A DNA stretch of 64,000 nt from Mytilus californianus (Eukaryota): contig NW_026262745.1 in NCBI RefSeq assembly GCF_021869535.1, forward strand, positions 8,494,001-8,558,000. Reading direction: 5' to 3'. A program made the position numbers and the translations under genes. The notes under the pieces were generated by a model. The model did no database searches and had not been told where the DNA came from. It worked only from the letters and a program-made list of their open reading frames with translations. Below, piece by piece: positions 1 through 12,661 of the stretch (the stretch's first letter is position 1; each line of letters begins with the position of its first letter).

Positions 1-1719
1 AGTGCCTATCATTACAATGATTTTATATCTTTATAAATGACTTTAAATCCATTATTTTCCCTCATATAATAGTATATTATTATAGTATATAACAATGGTA
101 AATAATATTGTATCAATACAGAGCGCTGCAATAACAACAATTGTTTGGAGAGAAAAACGATCTGCCAGTGAAAGGTATTCAATATCAAATACTAATATTC
201 GCAATAATCGGTTTTTGTCTCCTGTTGTTGAATACAATATTTCGAATAGCAGCATTGTTCTATTTCAAATAACCAAATATTTGTACCGGCCGTTTCGGTG
301 AATCTATTTCACGACGGTATCACCAGCCCAATAGCCAGTACTTCGGTACTGGCATGAACGTACGGATATTGTTTGATTGAAATTTTCTGTTTCAAATTTT
401 GGAAATCATTTAAATTTAAGGTATAGATCTCCCTCCTTCCTGTCCGGATTTTGTTATGTTTTAGTTAATTTTTGGCATGAACATCTCTTCAACGTTTGTA
501 TAAGTTTAGGTTTTACGCATATTTTGGCTTCGAGCATCACTGAAGAGTCATTTATTGTCGCAATGCGCTGCTGGTGCAGTACAATTTGTACCGTTAATCT
601 TATTACTTAACTGATTGGTAAACGCAACCGTTCTGAATTGTTGATGTTTCTATATATTTTTTCTTTCTTTTCCTTTCTATGTTGATTAGTCTACATGATA
701 AGAACTGAAACGTTTTGAATATACCGCATAGAAAGAAAAGAAAACTGATACAACATTTTGTATAGTGTAATATGTAATCTTTAATTGAACAAAACTGTAA
801 AAGCGCTTTAGATGATCCTTATATAAAAAAAACCCAGCTGTAGAAGCTTATTTAAAAACAACAATCTACTCTTGTTTCGCATAATCCCCGAGGAACGTCA
901 CACTATTTTGACTCTTAACTAATTTTTTTTTTTTTTTTTGCAATACGACGATTGTCGAATGCGAAGCAGCATAAGGTTGTTTTTTTTTCAAATCACAAGT
1001 TACCACTCTTCGTTTAGATTTAATTCGCAATACCAAATCTTCTGTGTTAGTGCTGGCTATTCAAATACAGTACATCTTTCTTCATTTTCAATTCACTTAT
1101 CTAGTTTGTATGATGTCTCATAGCTGTCATGGTCGACAAGTTTTAGCAAAGTTGATCCAGACCTGTATCTTGTACCTGTTCTTCTAATGGGAGCAAATCT
1201 TTTTAACATGTACAAATTGAAAAAATGAAGTATCTACACGCGTTACTTTAAAATTCTTGCATTTCCATATATCTCTATTTCTATAACCTCTCAATACTTA
1301 AAACAGTTAGACCCATCTGCTGATTAAAGCTGAAATCACGTTATGCTGAATTCTGACCTAACTGCTGATGAAACTGGATCAAATGGAATCCCATGTAACT
1401 TTATTTTGATAAACGTATATTCTTCCTATAGGCTTGTGTGCAGATTTTGTCAAAACTACGAAATCAAGTATTCGCGCAAAATCAATTTTCCATCAATCAA
1501 CGAAATAAGTAAATCCATAAATCCACTAACTATTACTCGAAGTTGAAACCTGTGACTAGATATGCTGTGCATATTTCCTAACCCAGGACCGAATTGATTT
1601 GATTACCTGTAATATGTGACGTATGGCTCATAAGGAGTAGGATAAAAGGTCTTTTGGGATAATTTATATCATTTTGTTAACAAAATACTTTGTTTCTGAT
1701 CAATTACATATTTTGCATA

Positions 1720-2130
1720 TTTACTGTTCGTATTTTGCAACACAAGGTCGGTATTCCTATTGGAACCAACAGAATGAGTTTTCTTCTCGCCGACAAGTTC
1801 CTTTATTCATATGAGGCAAACTTCATACAAGGGCTACACAAAAGGAGTAAGAAGTAACTTTAAATTTCTTTTATTAAAGTTGCTGCCCTGATTTGAATAA
1901 GTCTTTATTTAATGGCTATACTGATCGCATCTATTCCATTCATGTTGAAATAATACCACACATACATTTATTCTGAAGTTGTATATCCACAGCAGTTTGT
2001 TCTGCTTCATATTCTGAATTAAACATGGACAGTGCCAATTTTCAACTATGATTTCATTAAAAGAGGATTGATGCTGACAATGAAATTATTAATCATGTGG
2101 TTTAAATAGAACAAGGTGTACTCCTATCTT
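1720..2130 (+). mobile_element. Degenerate Penelope-like reverse transcriptase remnant
   Basis: Broken frames resemble Q..GIP.GTN...L.AD.FLYSYEA.FIQGL and DF.KRGL.LT.KLLN. Confidence 0.6.
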
Positions 2131-4396
2131 CAAACTTTTTATTGACCAATTTCACAGATAACTATGGATGTGTACAATTTATCGTGCAACAATACCTTCT
2201 ACATATTTACGTGTATGAGATCACCATATGCGTCCTATCGTCGGATTTGTACCTGTTATGAAAAACATTACTGGCGTCTCCAGTTGGACAGGAACTTATT
2301 ACTTTTCCGGAGCATTTGATTTCGCAGCTAATTTTTTAAAATCTTTATTTAGCTTCGAAACACTATCTAAAAGTACGTATAATAAGTACATGTGTGTGCT
2401 TCCCAAATAAGACACCATGTCATTCATGAACGAATTAGATCGTATTGAATTACCCCTTTTTACCCTGTTTTGATTCCCTTTTACATCCATTTGCTATTTA
2501 AATTAATGAAATATATTGCACTATGCACATGTATTGGATATTTATGTGTAAATTGGACAAATTAACTCAAGCATTTTCGTTGTACACTCATAAACAATCC
2601 CTGAAGACAGAGGCGAGTCACGCGCAAGAGTACCAACGATAACCCACAAAACTACACTGAAAAGTAAGAAAAATATGTGAAGCTCTCATGCATATATCAA
2701 CTAAGCAAAAATTGTCTCACAATAAACGTTTTGATTCTTTTTCACATGAAAGGAAACCCGAATAATTCAGTCGTTATATTCCGCTGCTCAACAATGACAA
2801 CTAGAGTAGAAATAAATCTGACACAGAGAAAGAACGAATGATTCGAATTAAAAAAAAGGTAACCATTGAAAAGATGACAGCTCTTGATAACCTTAATTTT
2901 CATCACATTGCATCATTACGATACCTACTTGCAGTATTTTTAAAGAGTGTGTGGAGCCTTTGAATTTAAATCTAGTGACAGATTCAGACAAACATAGCTG
3001 ACATTGCGGCATGGGCTTTGCTCATTGTTGAAAACCGTACAGTGACCTATAGTTGTTAATTTCTGTGTCATTTGGTCTCTTGTGGAGAGTTGCTTCATTG
3101 GCAATCATACCACATCTTATTATTTTTACATCTAAGGACTCGGTTACAAGCTGGTCTGGGAACACAGTTATCGTCCCTTGATTTTCGTTGTCTACAAATA
3201 TAGTCCCTATTGTGGACAGTGTGTTACTTGCCATTTTGTTATACCCTTTCCAAATTTATTTCTTCATGTTTTATACCTCAAATAGCTGGTAGGGGTGAAA
3301 TTACACTTAAAAGTAAAGTAGTGATTTGGTCCAGCTAAAAAAGGTTAAAAATTAGTATTTCGGAAGCTGTCAAAAGAATTCAAGACCCCTTAACATAAAA
3401 TTGTCCATAGTTTGAGTTAGAGCTGATGAACTTTTCTAAAATTTTAATATAATTTGTCCCAAAAGTAGTACACCACACTGTAAAAATATTATTGAGAAAG
3501 CGCAGGTGGGATTTTTTTAATTTTCATTTTTTGTCTAAAAGAAATGCTCTACAAAGTAACTGTGTTCTCGGGTCAGCTTCTAAATCGTAATGGATACGTT
3601 TTGTCCCTTCTTTGCATATCATGTTCCGTATGTACCTCATTTCTTTAATTCAATAGCAGTTTTGTTGATAGCTGTTTTGTGCATATCTGTTATACGTATG
3701 TGTATGTTTATGTTTTGTTTTCTTCTGTAAGTATTTTACACTAGCGACTGATAAGAACGATATGAAATACATGTCGTATTACTTCTATTTGTGAGTTTTA
3801 TTTCATAAAATAGATTGGTTCTTGGTTACAATGCAATTTACAAAGGTGGTAATATTTTCGGAAATTCCTAAAAGTTTTAATTAGTAAAGGTAATTGGCTT
3901 GCTTGTGTATATATAATGTCAATAAATTAACATGAAGTTTTATTGGCTATAAATTATTAATTTTTTATAAATGTTTGAAAAATGTCTTGTATGTTAATCA
4001 CAACTGAGCACACATATTTGCATTTTACACACTACGTAAAAGGATATGTTCCTGTCTACAAGGAAAGTATCGTCCTATCGTGATATAACTTCAAAACATT
4101 TGCGGCCGACTTCAAGAGGTTTTAGTACGGTTTGTGTTGTCACAACGACTCTTTTCGCTTGTTGAACTCATACCCTGGGAATTACTTCCATTTTTTCTGA
4201 TGTACTGCAGAACTTCGTGCTTCCTTTGGTATGCATCTGACTTAAACCTGAGTGAGAATTATTTATTTTGTCTTTCGGTTTTTACAGGTGGATAGCTACA
4301 ACTTTCATTTACTTTCCGATAAAATGTGTTTTCCTGTTATCTATAGTCGTAATATTTCTACTATATTGATATAAAATAAGTCCACATAAAACTGCT

Positions 4397-6382
4397 TTAG
4401 TCACATGTTATTCTGTACATCTCTAAATACTCTCCACCAGCTATATAAAATGTTTCGTGATCATCATTGTCTAACCAGATATCCCGTGGATCCGTGATAG
4501 TGTCAAATTTGTTAAGAAGTGTTTTGTGTTTATTACCGTCTTCTGAGAGGACATGTAACGATCCTTTCTTATCTCGATCTACAACTAAAATTAGACCTGA
4601 CGGCAAAGCTATTATACATTCTGGGGTTTTAATCATCTCGTCTTTAAAGCAGTAAACGTCTTCCCCTTGAATTGTTATGCATTTGACTTCTTTGTCTTTT
4701 GTTGTAAAAATAATATTCTTTTTAGCTATATTCATGCCATTTATACCACAGTCTGTATTTGTAGAAAACACAGTTGTCATTTCCGTCGAACTATTTGGAC
4801 TTGCAGTCGAGACGAACTTTTTAATAGCTTCGTCTACAACTATGTAAATGTGTTTACCGTGTTTACATGATGCCCCGACGTAATCTTTATTAAAGGTCAA
4901 CAAAACGGGATTATTGATAAGGTCTCCAACTATCCCTGCTTTGTATAAAAACTTTTGTTCGAAAGGAGAAATAAAAATTTGATTTTGTTCTTTATCATAA
5001 CACAAACGACAAGCATCTTGTTCGAACTTTGTAGTGTTAATAACATGCCCAGTTTTTTTGTCAAATACCTGTAATATATTCTTTAATGATCTGTTACCAA
5101 GTATAATGTGATCATCTCCTACACATACTCCGCAGGATAAGTCCGATCCTTCGATGTGAAAACTATTAACCAATTCAACTCTGATATCTATAAACTGCGG
5201 TAGATATTTTATACCTAAATTTTTACAGCAATTTCGAATATCTTTCATTTGATTTTCCAAATCATGTTCTGTTTTGTTTAATATTCCCATACAATCAGCT
5301 GTTTCCAGCTGCTCTAAAATTTCGTTTTTCGCGAACTTGATGTCGAGTGTAGTCTCATGCTTGATAACCTTGTCTATTTCGATAAGGCTGGTCTTTATTT
5401 GATTCTTCAGAGTCTCAACATGAATGAAATGCTGTGTTTTGGTTCCAAACTCTTTAACAATTCTGTTAACAGTAATCCAGTGGTCTAAAATATCTACGAA
5501 TTGTTCAAGTAAACGTATTCGAATATTATAATTTGTATTTTGTTCGTCACGATATACATTTAACTGCTTCTTAAATGCCTCAAATAAAGCGTCTAGCTTA
5601 CATTTAACTTGTTCAAGAAACCTTCCTGCGTCGTTCCCTGCGTTTTCCAACTTCTCTTTAAGGTCGCGTTTTTCATCTTCTTTTTCGTTTAGAACTTTTA
5701 ATGTTGCTTGTTTGATACACTCTAGTTTATCCTGAAGTGTGTCGTACACACTATTAGAATTTGTAATTTCTTCAATTGACTTGACGCTTTCACAGTTCCA
5801 ATGATTTGTAGTTACGCACTGGATACAACATAACTGTTCATGGTTGAAACAAAAAGCTTCAATACTGTTAGATGGGTGTTCATTGCAATTCTCAGACACT
5901 GCATGCAAATCAAGTCCAGATACATTTGGTCCTAATTCCTCCAATGCAATTACTGGGTGTGAAGATAGAAGCCATGTGTGCATTGTGTTACATTTTTCAC
6001 ACAAAGTTTTTTCGCATCCCTCGCACCAGAACTTGGCAAGTGATATTTGTTGGTGCTGTTCACACACATTACAATCTTGTTGTTTATCTCCCTTTGTTGT
6101 AGAAATCATAATGGCAAGGATAAGATTATCTTGAAGTGCAGAAGACCATTCATCAACCGGTGCTTTCGGATTTCTCGGTTTCACGACTGATCTGCAAACT
6201 GGACATGTAAATTGGGTTAATTCACTGTTCTTGTTGCGTCCTATATTTAAAATATATTCGTGTATGCATTGTTTACAAAAGCTATGCATACAAGGTAAGA
6301 TTTTTGGTTGTTTAATTGCTTCAAAACATATCGGACAATTTAATAAATCTTCTTTATCTGCTTTCGCTTTACTCAACGCCAT
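4397..6382 (-). CDS. Intronless TRIM-family E3 ligase (RING, B-box1, B-box2, coiled coil, C-terminal NHL-like beta-propeller), about 661 aa
   Basis: Open 667-codon ORF. Likely start is ATG at 6382 in AAAATGG context (MALSKAKADKED). C3HC4 RING CPICF..LPCMHSFCKQC..CPVC; B-box1 CNVC..CEGCEKTLCEKCNTMH; B-box2 CNEH..FCFNHEQLCCIQC..H; helical charged middle region; propeller-like C-terminus (DPRDIWLD). Confidence 0.93.
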   Translation of the reverse strand: MALSKAKADKEDLLNCPICFEAIKQPKILPCMHSFCKQCIHEYILNIGRNKNSELTQFTCPVCRSVVKPRNPKAPVDEWSSALQDNLILAIMISTTKGDKQQDCNVCEQHQQISLAKFWCEGCEKTLCEKCNTMHTWLLSSHPVIALEELGPNVSGLDLHAVSENCNEHPSNSIEAFCFNHEQLCCIQCVTTNHWNCESVKSIEEITNSNSVYDTLQDKLECIKQATLKVLNEKEDEKRDLKEKLENAGNDAGRFLEQVKCKLDALFEAFKKQLNVYRDEQNTNYNIRIRLLEQFVDILDHWITVNRIVKEFGTKTQHFIHVETLKNQIKTSLIEIDKVIKHETTLDIKFAKNEILEQLETADCMGILNKTEHDLENQMKDIRNCCKNLGIKYLPQFIDIRVELVNSFHIEGSDLSCGVCVGDDHIILGNRSLKNILQVFDKKTGHVINTTKFEQDACRLCYDKEQNQIFISPFEQKFLYKAGIVGDLINNPVLLTFNKDYVGASCKHGKHIYIVVDEAIKKFVSTASPNSSTEMTTVFSTNTDCGINGMNIAKKNIIFTTKDKEVKCITIQGEDVYCFKDEMIKTPECIIALPSGLILVVDRDKKGSLHVLSEDGNKHKTLLNKFDTITDPRDIWLDNDDHETFYIAGGEYLEMYRITCD

Positions 6383-6772
6383 TTTGTTGCAATCCTTCAA
6401 ATTTATAAATAGCTTACCTCGTTTTGAATCGGTGTTAAAATATTACTATTTGTAGGTAAACACACGTGGGTAAACAGTCCTGTGAATATATACATTATTA
6501 ACCTTTTCAATAGTGTTTAAATCATGACTGTAATTATAAATGAATAAGAATAAAACCGTTGAAGAAGAGCTTATACAGATATCTTTATTTTTAAAAGATG
6601 GTTCAGAGACACTATCGATGGACATTCTACTGAAAGACTCGATAAATGTTCCTTAATTTGTTGTTTTGAGTAACTTAGCATGAATTACATGGTGGGACTG
6701 TTTAATTTTGTTACAAGCTACTTATATAAAAACAAGATGAGATCAACAGAGCTCAACCTACGGGATACGTAT

Positions 6773-7466
6773 TTAAAGGGGCATTAGAAATTAGAAATTT
6801 AAAATATGATTTTGTTTTGTTCAATCATTAATGAAAGTGAAATAGTGAAATAATAATTCGCTTTGAGCAGCCAATTTGGTTCAATTTTGCCAAAATAAGC
6901 TAAGAAACATCGCTGATGAATTATTCACTTGCAAGTGAATGATTCGACCTCATTGACTCCGTATTTATGTGACCTTCAATTTAACCACTTAGCTAGAAAT
7001 GGTTTACGCATGAATTAGGCGTGTTCAGTTATTAAAGGAAAATAATGTCAACATTAAAAGTGAAACAAGGGTAAACCATTTGATTTACTGATTCGATCCA
7101 CAAAAAAACTCATTCTAATACAGGTAAAAACGATGATTAACATATATTTTTTACCCATAATATGAAATCAAACAGACCAGATAAATCCAGTTGCACGAGT
7201 TCGCTATCTATAATTTTTCTATATTTATGTTTATATCGGGTTATATGACCGTCGGCAGACTTCGGAGATCACCTCGATGGTTAATTAGATGGCGTCTACA
7301 CTAAAATACATACGAAATGCTGATACATATTATCTAGCCCATGCATTGTAAATTGTTTATTTTAAACTTTTTATAATTTGGATATACTTTTTAGTATATT
7401 ATAAATCAAATATGAGAATTTGAGTCAAATCGGTGAACATGAATTGGACGGCTAATGCCCCTTTAA
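6773..7466. mobile_element. MITE with TTAA target duplication (Kolobok- or piggyBac-like)
   Basis: TTAA-AGGGGCATTAG at 6773-6787 and CTAATGCCCCT-TTAA at 7452-7466. No coding capacity. Confidence 0.8.
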
Positions 7467-8539
7467 TAGACCGTATACGTACAAAAACCATCTGGATGAT
7501 GCATTGAGACGTTAACAAAATTGCCCAGAAAAAAAATGTATATATAAATATTCATGTATACAATATAGTAGACAACAGACAATGTTGGACGAACACCTTT
7601 ACAATGAATGTTTTATGACAATATATTTGATTACACAATATAGAAACTCAAACGAACGAACTAGAGCGGGAACTAGCAATAGCATATTATATAAGTGAAA
7701 ATGATTTAGAATATTAGAATATTCACTAAAAAAATCAAAACACGCAAAAAAAGCTTTAAATTCCCTTGGATAATAAACGTTAAACAAAAGCAAAAACATT
7801 TATAACAGAAGTCGACCATCGGCAGCCACTGCATTAATGCTGCTGGCTGGGAACATGCACATAACAAATATGCCGGGATTAAACTTGTTTGGGTGTCGGT
7901 CCTCCCAAAGCTAAGACAATAGACTACTTTCGAGTTATGTCTTTCACCGGAAAAGTTCGTCAATTATGCGCGCCTTTATGACGTCATTTACCAGATAGAG
8001 GGGATCGCCTGTATCCCTGCACTATCAAAGTTCATCAAGCGTCTTCGTGATCGTCAATATGCAGGATAAACTAGAAATAATGTTTTTCCGTAGGTACTTA
8101 ATCACAATTCCCTTATTGACAGCAGTGCTGATGATCAATAATAATAGCACCATATTTTATCAAACGCTCGCTCAACATGGAAAGGATTTTAAACATATTT
8201 TATTCATTAAGATATGAAAAGGATTGAGCAACAGGCACAGCCTATAAAAGCTCTCTCCCTATTACATGTACAAGGTATAAATCAAATATTAACAACTGTA
8301 TTTAAAATAATATAATATAGTGGAAAATACATGCTACTTATGAGCACACACAAGAAAATATATATTTAGAGTGTTTAAATTACTAAATGTATAGTATATT
8401 TAAGTATGTAGGCAATTAATCATCATTTATTCAAGTACCTTGAGACATGTAAATATCCCTTAGTGGAATAAGAGAAATAATGTTGAAAGGAAAGAAATGA
8501 AAACAAAAATAAACACTAAATAAAACAAAAATTAAGAAA

Positions 8540-10400
8540 ATTTCAAACAAAACGGTGAGTGTCACTGATGTATTTCTGAACAGATTTAAAAATAGCAATA
8601 TTCATATCATAAGAAAATAATCTGTTTCCAAAAAGTAATAAGTCAATATTTATGTCAACATTATCAACAATTGAGTGAATGGAATCAAGTAAGATCTGTC
8701 TAACATCATTGCGTGTACTTAGGGTAAATAAAAAAGAAATGCTGGTTATCCTCAATAGGGGGATTACAGTTTGCACAAATAGTGTTCTCTAATAAGAACT
8801 GATTAAACAAATGAGATTTTAGGTTGCTAGCATTATTTCTGAGTTGACAATGACTAATATTATGTTTCCTTATCCAATAATTAAAAGGTTTAAATATGTC
8901 ATCAGTCCTATAAAACTTGTCCAGTCTACCTCTAAATATACACAAACTTAGGAATTTTAGTCTTATAGTGGAAGGAATGAAACTATTAAAGTAAGAGCTA
9001 GTTCTAGGAAATGGGGGTAAAAAAGTATAATGTTTATTCCTCAACGTATAAGGAGTTTGTCTGGTAAAATATGGCTGGACTAACTCATATAAGTATGCAG
9101 GTGTCATCCCATTTAATATTTTATAAAACAGTATAAGCGTATGTTTATTTCGTCTATTCTCCAGAGTTTCTAATCCTAATTCAATTTAAAGTTTTTGTCT
9201 TGAGGAACTACGCCGTAGTCCAGTATTAATTCTAGCAGCTTCTATTTGAATATTTTCAAGAAGCTCGGACTCGTGCAGGGAGCAATTGCCCCAAACAACA
9301 TCACCATACTCTAATATAGGTCTAATGAAAGCATAATAAATACGTATAAGTGAATTCCTGTCTAATAAAAGTGTCTTTTTGTTGTTTGGATGTACAAGTA
9401 CCCGGCCACGTCCACTTGTAGTTGTTGTATTTGTATTTTTATCCATCTGATGAGTTAAGCCTTTTTCAAATGATTTTATAGCTCGTTCTTATGTTGTACT
9501 GTTACACCACTGGCCCAGGTTAGGGGGAGGGTTGGGATCCCGTTGACATGTTTAACCCCGCCACATTCTGTATGTATGTACCTGTACCAAGTCAGGGGCC
9601 TGTAATTCAGTGGTTGTCGTTTGTTTATGTGTTACATATTTGTTTTTCGTTCATTTTTTGTACATAAATTAGGCCGTTAGTTTTCTCGTTTGAATTGTTT
9701 TACATTGTCATTTCGGGGCCGTTTATAGGGGTTCGGGGCTGACTGTGCGGTATGGGCTTTGTTCATTGTTGAAGGCCGTACGGTGACCTATAGTTGTTAA
9801 TTTCTGTGTCATTTGGTCTCTTGTGGAGAGTTGTCTCATTGGCAATCATACCACATCTTCTTTTTTATATTAACTTGTCGAAGCACAGATAAACGAGAGC
9901 ATGCTTTTTATAAATATTATCAGTATGTGTGTTCCATGAAGCTGATGACTGAAATGTTATCCCTAGATGACAGTGAATATTTATTTTCTCAACTTCTTCA
10001 CCATTTATCCCAAAAAATACAGGTGGATTCCCTTTCCCTTCTAGTAAACACAATATGTTAAAATTAAATTGAACAGCCCATGATTTTGCCCAGTTTGAGA
10101 TAACATCTAAGTCATCAGTCAAAGAAGCAGCTGCTACAGCATGATCATTCTCTATTATAACAAATAAAGAAGTGTCATCTGCAAAAACATTAACAATGTC
10201 ATTTACTATATCATTTATGTAAATGAGAAACAGAAAGGGTCCCAAAACTGATCCCTGAGGGACATCTGCATGTATACTTCTAAGAGTTGATGAAAAGCCT
10301 TCTGAAACTACCTTTTGTTGACGAACTGAAAGATATCTTTCTATCTAAGATAAGAGCTGATCATTTAAGCCAGATTGTTGAAGTTTAAATAAAAGTCCTT
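8540..10400 (-). mobile_element. Degenerate CR1/L2-type LINE reverse transcriptase, interrupted by a short interspersed element at about 9395-9870
   Basis: VPQGSVLGPFLFLIYINDI..FADDTSLF, YAFIRPILEYGDVVW and SFIPSTIRL motifs in broken frames. Confidence 0.85.
9395..9870 (+). mobile_element. Short interspersed non-autonomous repeat; related copies near 3005-3125, 39470-39575 and 63320-63610 (minus)
   Basis: Shared tail ggtgacctatagttgttaatttctgtgtcatttggtctcttgtggagagttg..cattggcaatcataccacatctt recurs within the window. Confidence 0.75.
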
Positions 10401-11029
10401 TATGCCAAAAAACATGGAAAGGATGCCCCTAAACGCACGAACGATGTTCACTAAAACCAAAGTTTTTGGCGGAAATGCAGAGAACTCGAAAGTTGTCTAT
10501 TGTGTCACAGCACACCAATAAAACTGTAAAATACAAAAGACACAAAGTACCGATCTAAGAGTACTCGCAGTTACAAAAAGCAAGTTCAACTACCGTGATT
10601 TTTTTTTTTTATTTTAGTTGATACCAATTTTCGTTGACTGACCACAAACTATATTTTCGTTGATATTTAATAACGTGATTTTGACAACGTCGGCACACAA
10701 GAATATAGATAATTTGTACTTCGTTGAACGTTTAAAGTAAGAAAATTTGGTTCGACAATTCTTTTAATCTAGTTAATTCAATATATTATATAATGCTTTA
10801 TTTCGATTTACTAGTATTAGAAGTACAACTTTGCTCCTCTAATTGGAGATTTGTATGAATTTTCCTTATGCCATAACAGATTTGCTTTGATTACTAAATA
10901 TATGTCGGACTTAACGTACGGAGTAGAAAACTGACAATATTTGTCTTTTTTGCTACTTTATCTGAAATATCGCTCCTGCCAAGCTTCGGGTTGATAATTT
11001 TTCTATAGATCTTATAATCATACTTCTTA

Positions 11030-11720
11030 AAAACAAGCCACTCTTTATTAGATCAAACAATTTATTGAATCTGATTTTATTTATGAAAATGTTGGATTGT
11101 TTTCAAATAGACAACATATTTGATGCGTTTGGAGGACTTTTTTCAATAGACAAATTGCATTCCTAGAGGATCAAAATGTGCGCCTCTGCCTACCAACTTT
11201 TTCATTTATTTTTATGAGGCAGACTTTATACAGGACCTTCTTAAGAAAAACGTCTGAAATTATATCCCAACTTTACTTTCAGCTATAGAGATGATGTTCC
11301 TTTCCTCAAAACTGCAAGGTCAGGTGATTATGATGACTCTAATCATAAAACAAAAACGTAAAAAATAAATACCACAGATACAGTTAAATGTGCCTCATAT
11401 CTTGGCTTAAATCTAGAAATTGGTAATGAGTGTCGGTTAAGACTACAATTTACCACGCAAGAGATGATTTCAGTTTTCCCATTTTGAACTATCCATTCCA
11501 GTGTAGCAACATTCCAACAGCGCCTGCTTAAGAAGATCATATTTCCCAGCTGATACAGTATTCCAGGACTTGTGTTTTCTTTCAAGCTTACAAAGCAGCT
11601 ATTCTATCAAAGGTTCCAATTGATAAAGTTTAAGCAATCCCTTTAAAAGTTTTACAGACGCCACCATGATTTGGTTGGCCCTTATGGAAAATCTGTGTTA
11701 CAGATGACTTATCACTGGAT
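11030..11720 (+). mobile_element. Degenerate Penelope-like reverse transcriptase remnant; related short 3' pieces at 11740-11920, 12960-13150, 14430-14640, 15090-15310 and 27400-27560
   Basis: Broken frames resemble GIP.G..CAPL...YEADFIQDLLKK..FTFSY.DDV..TTDTVKCASYL.L.LEI..RDDFSFPI.N.P..CSNIPTAPA..FY.RHHDLV. Confidence 0.75.
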
Positions 11721-12101
11721 TTATTAAATGCATGCACAAAACGACGAGTGCTAGACGTAAAGTAGAAGCATCTTATCCTTGATGAGCAGCACCTGCATTC
11801 ACTCCCTGTTTATGGTGGGGTTCGTTTTGCCATTTATAAGTTTTCAGTTAATTGTTTGGTTAATGCTGATTGTCTTTTCGTAGTTTTTATAGTAGAGCTA
11901 TGGTGTTGTCTGTTTTTATACAACACAAGAACAAACTGTAAAAATTGGTTGGAAATGGATTGGCTAATCAGAAGGTGTTGTTGGTTATGCAGACCAACAA
12001 TGTATCTTCCAACATTATGAATTTTGATTGCCCCTTGGTATCTTCTCTCATGTTATGATGTTTAACTCGTCTTTGAACACATATGTTAATCTATTGTCAA
12101 A

Positions 12102-12661
12102 GAGGGTGGTAAAGGGGGGGGGGGGGGGTGCTTGCACGGAAAAAACGTGAAATAAGACATAATTTCACGTTGAACGTGAAATAATTTCTGTCATGAACGT
12201 TGCCCGAAAAATAAAGACTTTGATGTGAACCTTTTGTGACTGAGTCACTGTCCTCTTGTATATATAAACTCTCTGTTTTACTTAATATTCCGGATTAAGT
12301 ATACACATTTATGATATAAATGGTTTACGGCTTTTAAAAAAGTATATAACGATCTTCTTAACTTTTAAAATGCAAATAAAGGAACAACATCATAGGCCTT
12401 TCTGCTTTATCAAAAAACAAAATTCAATCATTTTTTTTTACTTGACGATCCCTGCCTAGTGTTTGAAATTTATTTGAAAAATACCGAGCACGCAAAATAA
12501 GCATTTGAAATTCACGATGCACGTAAAATTAAATAAGCAGAACACGTTGAACTAGGCACCTGTCTTGCACGACTGAACGTCAAATAAAAAAGTTAAAACA
12601 CGTTGAACGTGAAATAAAAAACGGCGATCACGTTGCACGAAAATAACCCTTTACCACCCTC
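12102..12661. mobile_element. 560-bp MITE with GAG..CTC termini and a 6-bp TSD
   Basis: TIRs GAGGGTGGTAAAGGG (12102-16) and CCCTTTACCACCCTC (12647-61). GTCAAA on both flanks (12096-12101, 12662-67). Subterminal cacgttgaacgtgaaata repeats. Confidence 0.85.

Noticed and set aside
1100-2490. Possible minus-strand exons or ORF pieces (for example 2299-2490)
   Set aside because: There is no recognisable domain, in-frame stops interrupt them, and no consistent splice chain could be built. The region overlaps retroelement debris.
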